Positions 57,501 through 64,000 of a stretch of DNA of 64,000 bases are shown piece by piece. The stretch's first letter is position 1. The number at the start of each line of letters is the position of its first letter. Origin of the DNA: a virus; IMG/VR virus record IMGVR_UViG_3300025840_003125; one strand, 5' to 3'. The position numbers and the translations under genes were made by a program. The notes under the pieces were generated by a model. The model had not been told where the DNA came from. It ran no database searches and saw only the letters and a program-made list of their open reading frames with translations.

Positions 57501-60500
57501 GTTGATGACGCAAGTACAATCAGTTCAGGTAACCAAGATAGATCATTTGATGGTACTGGTAATTCAGTAGTACAACCTATCAAATTTAATTCAGACGTTA
57601 GATCAGACTTTGAATACTATTTAGGAAGAGTAGATAAAATATTTTTAGATAAAGATGGTAACTTTAAAGTATTAAAAGGTGCTAGTTCATTAGAACCAAG
57701 AGTACCTGGTACATTAGATAACGCAATGCACCTATACACATTGTTTTTACCTGCATATACATTGGATACATCTGAAGTTGGTATAGAACACGTTGACAAC
57801 AAACGATATACAATGAGAGATATTGGTAGAATAGAAAAGAGAATAGAAACTACAGAATACTATACTCAATTATCTCTACTAGAAACAGCTGCACAGAATT
57901 TACAAATACAAGACTCAAATGGTTTTGATAGATTTAAAAATGGTTTCGTTGTAGATAACTTTACAGGTCACGGTATTGGTGATGTAGGAAATAACGATTA
58001 CAAAGTTTCTATAGATTACGCAAACGGTGAGTTAAGACCTACATTCCATGAAGACGCTGTACAACTTATTGAAAGAGATGATGATGGTACTGCAATTACA
58101 GCTGATGATAGAACAACACATAACTATCAAAAGACTGGCGACTTAATAACATTACCATATACTGAGGAAACATTAATAGATCAACCTTATGCAAGTAAGG
58201 CTATCAATGTTAACCCATTTGGTGTATTTACATGGATAGGTGCAATAGAATTAACACCTCCAGGTGATGAATGGAAAGAAACAGAAAGAGCACCTGAATT
58301 AGTTATCAACAACCCTAATGGTAGTTGGGACAACTTAACTAAAAACTCTGGTAACTCTAATCAGTTATCTGAATTTCCTATGTCAACAGTTTGGAATTCA
58401 TGGCAAGATACATGGACAGGAAGACCTGTTGAAACAGAAAGAAAAAATGTAGGTACATATAAGAAAAGAGGTGGTCATGGTTGGAGAGTAATTGCAAAAG
58501 AAGAAGTAACTACTGCTCAACAAGTATCACAAACAAGAACAGGAATTAGAGCAGTTGCTGTACCTGAAACAGTAAGAACATCTATCGGTGATAGAGTTGT
58601 TTCAGTTGCATTTGTTCCTTTTATTAGAAGTAGAACATTAACATTTACTGCAACAAGATTAAAACCTAATACAAGAGTTTATCCATTCTTTGATAATATA
58701 GACGTTACTGCATATGTAACTCCAGACGGTGGTGCATTAGGTGGTAATTTAGTTACAGACGCTAATGGTAAGGTTGAAGGTACATTTGCAATACCTGATC
58801 CTAAAACAAATTCAAATCCTAGATGGAGAACAGGTCAAAGATTATTCAGATTAACAAGTTCATCTTCAAACAGTTTAACAAACGCAAACGTAGAAACGGC
58901 TGCAAACGTTGAATATGTTGCAAGAGGTCTATTAGAAACAGTAAGAGAAACTATTATTTCAAGTAGAGAAGCTCGTGTAGAGATGAGAAGTGTAACAGAA
59001 AGTCAAAGTATTACTAGAACATCCACAAGAACGGAAGAAAGACAAGTTGGTTACCATGACCCACTTGCTCAAACTTTCTTAATTGATGATGAAGGTGGTG
59101 TATTCTTAACATCTATTGATATATTCTTTAGTACAAAAGACGCTGCAATACCAGTAACAGTTCAAGTAAGAGATGTTGTAAATGGTTATCCAGGTCAGAA
59201 AATATTACCATTCTCGGAAGTAACTTTAAATCCTAGTGCTGTAAATACAAGTACAGATGGTACAACTGCAACTAAATTTACATTTGCAAGTCCTGTTTAC
59301 ATACAATCAAACGTAGAGTATTGTTTTGTTGTAATGGCAAACTCACAAGACTACAATGCTTATGTGGCAAGAATAGGTGAAACATCTTTAGATACAAATA
59401 GAACAATATCTGCTCAACCATATGCTGGTGTATTATTTAAATCACAGAATGGTATGACATGGTCTGCTGAACAAAATGAAGATATGAAATTCAAATTAAG
59501 AAGAGCAGAATTTAGTAACGTAACTGGTACAGTTACATTAACTAACGATACATTAGGAACAAGAACACTTAAAAATAATGCTTTAAGAACAACAAATGGT
59601 TCTGGAGTAATTAGAGTATTCCATCCTAACCATGGTATGCACGGTACAAGTAATAACGTAACAATTGCTGGTGTACCTAGTGGTGATCACAATGGTATTG
59701 CTCATAGTGATATTAATGGAACATATACATCTATTTCAAATGTAACTTTAGATAGTTACGATATTACAACTTCTGGAACTGCAACTGCAACAGGTGATGT
59801 TGGTGGTGTTGCTGTAACAGCAACTCAAAACAGATTGTTTGATGTATTAAATTTAGGTGGTATTCAAACCGTAACTTTACCTGATACTAATATAGATTTC
59901 TATGTTAGAACAACATCTGGTAGATCAATACACGGATCAGAAACAGAATTTGATTTAACAACAGCTGCAAATAAAGTTGCTGTAATAGGTAACGACAATA
60001 TTGCTTTCACAGCACCTCAAATGGTTGCAAGTGAAATAAATGAAACAAACGAAACGCAAATTATAGGTGGTAAATCTTTCTATACAATATTAGAATTGAC
60101 AACTGCAAATACTAAACTTTCTCCTGTATTAGATACTCAAAGAATGAGTGCCTTTACTATTCAAAACAGATTAAATAGTCCAACATCAAGTAACACACCT
60201 AATTTTGTTGCTGATACAGCAAGTATAGGTACATCATCTGCTGCTGTTTATTGTACTAAACCAGTATTGCTAGAAAACAACTCAAAAGCGTTAGACATTA
60301 GATTAACTGCAAACATAAGAGCAACATCTGAAGTTGAAATGTACTTTAGAGCTGCAACAGATGGCGACAAACTAGATGATTTGGGTTGGACACCTTTCAA
60401 TACAGATGGTAGTCCAGATTCATCTATTGTACCTGCTGAAGATGATACAACATTTAAAGAATACAAATATACAGCAAGTGATATAAATGACTTTACTAAC

Positions 60501-60587
60501 TTTCAACTTAAAATAGTTATGAAAGGAACAAATTCATCATATCCACCTGTATTAAGAGATATGAGAGGAATTGCATTGGCGATATAA
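54522..60587 (+). CDS. large virion structural protein (VrlC/DUF4815-like)
   Basis: NVSPYYDDF..SKKFHRILFRP..AVQARELTQ.Q, LARRTFDESG, RFKNGFVVDNF, DPLAQTF. Confidence 0.85.
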   Translation: MPSPTDFNVSPYYDDFTESKKFHRILFRPAFAVQARELTQSQTQLQNQIERMSDHLFDKGSMVIPGEIGYDLKYYAVKLTSKSASTVDSYIDTTLTGGTSGVTAKVVNAVATDGTDPDTLFVKYMNTASDGAQIPFTHGETITSSNTSTAVVASCHTGSAAQIKEGVYYINGFHVQVSAQTLILEKYSDTPSYRVGLSVTESFVAPGDDTSLNDNAQGVSNSNAPGAHRFKILLTLGKKALNNTEDSNFYELLRLSSGVLQNQVRTTEYAVLEDTLARRTFDESGDYVVRPFDIDVREHLSSGNNRGIFTSSAGGDATKLAVGFSPGKAYVKGYEIDTIATTFLPVDKARDFDTQNNFSTRFDVGNFVNVTNVYGSPDISTASGVEGFKGLTLHNTATSSRGTANTGSSSDITTIGRAKSRGFEYSSGTAASNIFSSSSVTSAVYKHYLFDIVLFTHLNIKTAQAFTTGETVTGSTSGATATVQSVSTTESATITGATAADPVVITSSNKFKEGQQVTITGVGGMTELNGNVYTVRNPSASNFELYDTDGTTSIDGSGFTSYTSGGAAAHGVVIVSNVQGTFATGETITGGTSSNTAVIQADAVGLKGVTAFDIPQVKQIAMAGSPTFTADTALDATNGDNATLTGTLSIANSGTSVTGFNTRFTSELLVGDSISFTTDGGTSLTRIVEAIISDSSITLSAAVGGSDVSTKTIATRRRTKIQSPDKNISIFKLPYENIKTLRTTANGNASDTSYTFRKHEIKTLTGDGIATFTAGVDETFADLSENDFTISITSLGSGGSGAVGDVLSLTGNNHEGSAIFTLNVAKTQLTIDFGANYASHDVKALLTINKTVGTSKTKTLNSNETLAVSTQATIESGVISLAKADVIAINSIYMAPDFSTDATISHTDVTDRFDLDTGQRDNFYDVGRIKLKTGALTPTGRLLVNFNYYSHSAGDYFDVDSYSAINYEDIPAYTSDHTGVRYELRDSLDFRPRVDDASTISSGNQDRSFDGTGNSVVQPIKFNSDVRSDFEYYLGRVDKIFLDKDGNFKVLKGASSLEPRVPGTLDNAMHLYTLFLPAYTLDTSEVGIEHVDNKRYTMRDIGRIEKRIETTEYYTQLSLLETAAQNLQIQDSNGFDRFKNGFVVDNFTGHGIGDVGNNDYKVSIDYANGELRPTFHEDAVQLIERDDDGTAITADDRTTHNYQKTGDLITLPYTEETLIDQPYASKAINVNPFGVFTWIGAIELTPPGDEWKETERAPELVINNPNGSWDNLTKNSGNSNQLSEFPMSTVWNSWQDTWTGRPVETERKNVGTYKKRGGHGWRVIAKEEVTTAQQVSQTRTGIRAVAVPETVRTSIGDRVVSVAFVPFIRSRTLTFTATRLKPNTRVYPFFDNIDVTAYVTPDGGALGGNLVTDANGKVEGTFAIPDPKTNSNPRWRTGQRLFRLTSSSSNSLTNANVETAANVEYVARGLLETVRETIISSREARVEMRSVTESQSITRTSTRTEERQVGYHDPLAQTFLIDDEGGVFLTSIDIFFSTKDAAIPVTVQVRDVVNGYPGQKILPFSEVTLNPSAVNTSTDGTTATKFTFASPVYIQSNVEYCFVVMANSQDYNAYVARIGETSLDTNRTISAQPYAGVLFKSQNGMTWSAEQNEDMKFKLRRAEFSNVTGTVTLTNDTLGTRTLKNNALRTTNGSGVIRVFHPNHGMHGTSNNVTIAGVPSGDHNGIAHSDINGTYTSISNVTLDSYDITTSGTATATGDVGGVAVTATQNRLFDVLNLGGIQTVTLPDTNIDFYVRTTSGRSIHGSETEFDLTTAANKVAVIGNDNIAFTAPQMVASEINETNETQIIGGKSFYTILELTTANTKLSPVLDTQRMSAFTIQNRLNSPTSSNTPNFVADTASIGTSSAAVYCTKPVLLENNSKALDIRLTANIRATSEVEMYFRAATDGDKLDDLGWTPFNTDGSPDSSIVPAEDDTTFKEYKYTASDINDFTNFQLKIVMKGTNSSYPPVLRDMRGIALAI

Positions 60588-60588
60588 G

Positions 60589-60810
60589 ATGAGCAAATTA
60601 AGAGTAGAAGGATTTTCTGGACTAGTAAGAGATACCAACTCAAATGCCATCGTTAATGTAAACAGGACTGAATATCAAGTTTATATGTCACGTCACAAGA
60701 CTAGACAAAAACAAGGTGATGAGTTAAGAGAAGCAATAAAAGAAATAAATACTTTAAAACAAGAATTGTTTGAAATAAAAAGATTAATAAAAGAGGTAAT
60801 TAAAAAGTAA
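60589..60810 (+). CDS. small coiled-coil phage protein
   Basis: VEG.SGLVRD..SNAIVN. Confidence 0.7.
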   Translation: MSKLRVEGFSGLVRDTNSNAIVNVNRTEYQVYMSRHKTRQKQGDELREAIKEINTLKQELFEIKRLIKEVIKK

Positions 60811-61643
60811 TGGCTGCACGACAAATAACTGCTACACAAACATTAGAAGACTTTAGAACACAGTTTAATGCTCTATCGGCTACTGATTTTGGTGATATTG
60901 CTACGTTAGATTCTGGTTTAACCGCAACGTCTGTAATAGGCGCTGTTAATGAATTATACGCTGCGATTGCTGGTGCATTATCTTTTACAATTTCAGATGG
61001 CAATGGTGGTAATGAAACACTTGTAAATGGAAATACATTATCATTTAGAGGTACAGTAAATCAAATTACAGCAACGGTATCACCAACAGATACGGTTACA
61101 TACTCATTAACCGATGATGTAACAATTGCTGGTGAGTTTACTGCTTCAGGCACAGGTGCTCACACATTAGGTGAGTTATCATTTACAGGCAGTACAATTG
61201 CAAGTTCAGGCTCTACTATCACAATGAGTGATGATGTAACAATGCCTGCAACTAAAACGCTAACTGTTGATAAGATTTCAAGTAATCAATCATTTGTTGA
61301 TTTCGGAAGTAAAAACGTATCAACTGACGGATACTTCTACACAACATTAGCAAGTGGAGGTCTGGTATTTGAAGGAACAACACCAGACGCACACGAAACT
61401 ATAGTAACCGTTGTAGACCCCACAGCAGATAGAACAATCACTTTGCCTAATGTGACAGGAACAGTTATAACTACTGGCGATACAGGTACTATCGTTGGTT
61501 CTATGATTGCAAACGACACTATAGGTGAGGCAAATATGGCTGATGACGCCATAGGGCAAGATCAACTAAAAAGTGTAGTAACCTTGCAGATTTTAAATTC
61601 TAGTGGCGTTGTTGTTAAAACAATGTATGCTGCAGGTGCATAA
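60810..61643 (+). CDS. fibre-like structural protein
   Basis: TLEDFRTQFN N-terminus; FEG.T.D.HET...V.DPTADRTITLP. Confidence 0.7.
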   Translation: MAARQITATQTLEDFRTQFNALSATDFGDIATLDSGLTATSVIGAVNELYAAIAGALSFTISDGNGGNETLVNGNTLSFRGTVNQITATVSPTDTVTYSLTDDVTIAGEFTASGTGAHTLGELSFTGSTIASSGSTITMSDDVTMPATKTLTVDKISSNQSFVDFGSKNVSTDGYFYTTLASGGLVFEGTTPDAHETIVTVVDPTADRTITLPNVTGTVITTGDTGTIVGSMIANDTIGEANMADDAIGQDQLKSVVTLQILNSSGVVVKTMYAAGA

Positions 61644-61647
61644 ATAG

Positions 61648-61655
61648 TATAAATA
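61648..61655 (+). promoter_or_regulatory. T4-type late promoter
   Basis: TATAAATA (also CATAAATA at 61639). Confidence 0.7.
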
Positions 61656-61710
61656 AGTAAAGAGAGGTACTTACTGAAAGACGTGGTACCAGATAAAAAA
61701 TGGAGAAATT

Positions 61711-62652
61711 ATGGCAGTAAGAAAACCTTTATATGTAGATTCAGGCAATCTACGAGAGATGGACACTACTATGGTCGAACAGATCGTAGATCAGGCTGTC
61801 TATCAATATTCATTAAATCCTAGTGTTGCATTATCTGTAGTTGGATCAGGTGGTAGTTTAGGTTCAATGAACGACACAAGAAAACAAGCAGGATCATATT
61901 CAACAAGTACTACTTCATTCCCAAGTGAGGCAACAACAGCAGAACCAAGTACGGTTACAGTAACTTACGATAAAGTTTCTGAAACTAGAACAGCAGGATC
62001 GCCTACGGCAGATACTGGTAAAACATGGCCTGTGTATTACAACACATCTGGTCAGATACAAGCAATGAATTTATCGGATGTAAAAGATACATTTTTACAC
62101 CCAGCAATTGATCTATTGGCTTCAGGATCAACAGGTACTCAACAAGGTGGAACTTATCACGTTTCAACAAGTGCTTCTGTTGCAGGTTCAACTGAAGTGT
62201 CTGGTGCTTCAACACCAATCTTTTCAGATACAAGAGCAGATACATCTTTATATACTGCTGGTGGTATTCCTGAAGCGCTTGACCAACCTACAACAGTTAC
62301 AAACTATTACTTACATAGAATTGATGGTTCTCAAATTACATATACTGAACCATACTTTTTAGATGGTTCTAATAACATCAAAGAATTTACAACATCTGCT
62401 TTTGATACATTGTTACAAGAATGGATGAAGTACACAGCAGTATCATCTGCTGATGGTTATTCTTTAAGTTATAACATTGGTACTTCTGGTTCTGGTAATA
62501 CAAGAGGTTCTGGTATGGGTGATACTATATTAGATGGTTCTGGTAACTATCAACAATTGTTTGTAAACGCTGATGACTATAGAGCACAGGAATTTCCAAA
62601 TGGATCTGCAACTACAGCTGCAACATATTATTTAAGAATATATAAGTCTTAA
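61711..62652 (+). CDS. virion structural protein (Thr/Ser/Gly-rich)
   Basis: MAVRKPLY...GNLREM; YRAQEFPNG; late promoter. Confidence 0.65.
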   Translation: MAVRKPLYVDSGNLREMDTTMVEQIVDQAVYQYSLNPSVALSVVGSGGSLGSMNDTRKQAGSYSTSTTSFPSEATTAEPSTVTVTYDKVSETRTAGSPTADTGKTWPVYYNTSGQIQAMNLSDVKDTFLHPAIDLLASGSTGTQQGGTYHVSTSASVAGSTEVSGASTPIFSDTRADTSLYTAGGIPEALDQPTTVTNYYLHRIDGSQITYTEPYFLDGSNNIKEFTTSAFDTLLQEWMKYTAVSSADGYSLSYNIGTSGSGNTRGSGMGDTILDGSGNYQQLFVNADDYRAQEFPNGSATTAATYYLRIYKS

Positions 62653-62678
62653 TAGACTTATAAATTATATTATGAATT

Positions 62679-63410
62679 ATGAAAATATTATTAACAGGTA
62701 GTGAAGGCTTCATAGGTCAACACTTAAATAAATTCTTAACAGATCAAAAACACGAAGTAATTTGTCTGGACAAAAAAACAGGCAATGATTTACTTACTTG
62801 CGACTTAAAATATTCTGTAGATTTAGTTATACATCTCGCTGGTTTATCTGGCGTTAGAGATAGTTTAGATAAATCGGAAGAGTATTGGATACAAAATGTA
62901 ATCGCAGGTCAAAGACTTTTTGATTTTTTCAAAGATACAAGAATCTTATACGCAAGTTCATCAACAGCACACGAACCTTGGAAAAATCCATATGCAATGA
63001 GTAAATATGCTTTAGAGCGTATTGCTCCTGCAAACAGTATGGGTATGAGATTTACAACCGTGTATGGTCCTAATGCTAGAGAAACAATGTTGATACCAAG
63101 AATCTTACGAAATGATGTTCCTTATATCAACACAAATCATAGTAGAGATTTTATACACGTTGACGATTTAGTGAGAGGGATAGATACTTTAATTAAATCA
63201 AATTTAAGAGGTGTAACAGATTTAGGTTCTGGTACTACAAACAATCTTGTAGAGTTAATTGAATACTTTGGAATTAATTGTAAACGTGTTGTGGGAGAAC
63301 AAAACGAAAGATTGAATAACCTTGCTGATAATACACTACTAAATAAAATAGGTTGGTCACCTAAAATAAACTTATATGACTATATTAAGGAGAACAAACA
63401 TGTTAACTGA
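62679..63410 (+). CDS. NAD-dependent epimerase/dehydratase (extended SDR)
   Basis: LTGSEGFIG, HLAG, YASSS, YAMSK (YxxxK), RFTTVYGP, RDFIHVDD. Confidence 0.9.
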   Translation: MKILLTGSEGFIGQHLNKFLTDQKHEVICLDKKTGNDLLTCDLKYSVDLVIHLAGLSGVRDSLDKSEEYWIQNVIAGQRLFDFFKDTRILYASSSTAHEPWKNPYAMSKYALERIAPANSMGMRFTTVYGPNARETMLIPRILRNDVPYINTNHSRDFIHVDDLVRGIDTLIKSNLRGVTDLGSGTTNNLVELIEYFGINCKRVVGEQNERLNNLADNTLLNKIGWSPKINLYDYIKENKHVN

Positions 63411-63894
63411 AGAATATTTAAAAGAACATTTTATAACTGCTCATTTTTGTGACAATGAAAGACAAAACATTGAGATATTAATGACAAATGAAGATAAGAC
63501 AGCAACAATACCATATTACATTCCTTTTGATGAAAATGATGTAAAATATAAAGCATTATCAACCGTTATGAATTTAGATCAATTGCATGAGGCAACGTAT
63601 CAGAAAAAGAAAGACGAAAGACGAGATTTTGAAAATATGGTTTTAGAAATTGCAAAAAAAGACGGTCTAATAATGGACTCAAATAAGATTGACACTAAAT
63701 TTTATCCTAGAGTAGTAGAAGCTATTTTTGGTGATGAAGAAAATTTAGATCACGTTTTTGCTTTAAAACTTGCAATATTTGAGTTAGACGGAATTAAGGA
63801 TTCTAAAAAAGAAGAATTAAAGAAAAAGCTAAGACAATCAAAAACTAAAAGAGATATTATTGCTACTGCTTGTCAGATTTTAGAAAATAGTTAG
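63400..63894 (+). CDS. hypothetical protein
   Basis: SD AAGGAG before ATG 63400. Confidence 0.7.
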   Translation: MLTEEYLKEHFITAHFCDNERQNIEILMTNEDKTATIPYYIPFDENDVKYKALSTVMNLDQLHEATYQKKKDERRDFENMVLEIAKKDGLIMDSNKIDTKFYPRVVEAIFGDEENLDHVFALKLAIFELDGIKDSKKEELKKKLRQSKTKRDIIATACQILENS

Positions 63895-64000
63895 AATACC
63901 AACCAGTCCAACCTTTTTCCATTATATGTTGCATTTGACCAAGTGTACATATACTATATGACAAAGGTTTATAATACAGATAGTCTTTAATTGAAGGACA
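63863..64000 (-). CDS. partial CDS (3' end) entering from the right edge
   Basis: Open frame CPSIKDYLYYKPLSYSICTLGQMQHIMEKGWTGWYSNYFLKSDKQ*. Confidence 0.5.
   Translation of the reverse strand, partial: CPSIKDYLYYKPLSYSICTLGQMQHIMEKGWTGWYSNYFLKSDKQ

Noticed and set aside
1-64000. Many short antisense or out-of-frame ORFs in the track (e.g. 765..1031, 2232..2597, 31034..31510, 43174..43653, 56318..56716) and stop-codon reassignment
   Set aside because: Shadow ORFs of well-supported genes; core genes are intact under the standard code and all three stop codons are used

Overview
AT-rich 64-kb segment of a T4-like myovirus genome. The alphaproteobacterial-type permuted tmRNA, GTTC-N7-GTTC boxes, Rickettsia 17-kDa-like lipoprotein and pstS suggest a marine alphaproteobacterial host, probably SAR11-like (inference). 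Layout: (1) 1-25 kb, replication and nucleotide metabolism (gp61, nrdA, nrdB, RuvC-like, glutaredoxin, exonuclease, gp33, gp59, gp32) among many small early genes behind near-consensus sigma70 promoters; (2) 27-37 kb, head completion and baseplate hub genes (gp4, gp2, gp54, gp26/gp51, gp29-like, gp48, gp53, gp27-like, gp5); (3) 37-46 kb, an accessory island (IscA, sulfotransferase-like, QueC-like, radical SAM/SPASM, nitroreductase, pstS, beta-lactamase-like) separating gp5 from PAAR/gp25; (4) 46-64 kb, baseplate wedge and fibre genes behind T4-type late promoters. Highlights: a complete two-piece tmRNA (tag ANNLAMAA); three alphaproteobacterial LexA-type boxes upstream of early promoters; a likely -1 frameshift fusing gp26 to gp51; a DUF262+HNH (GmrSD-like) gene; triplicated nitroreductase-like and cysteine-hydrolase-like families, with two nitroreductases bracketing nrdB; a 2H phosphoesterase; several candidate structured RNAs (SAM-II/V-like, pseudoknot, long stem-loop); and a possible origin before gp5. 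All calls come from reading motifs by eye; no database searches were run.
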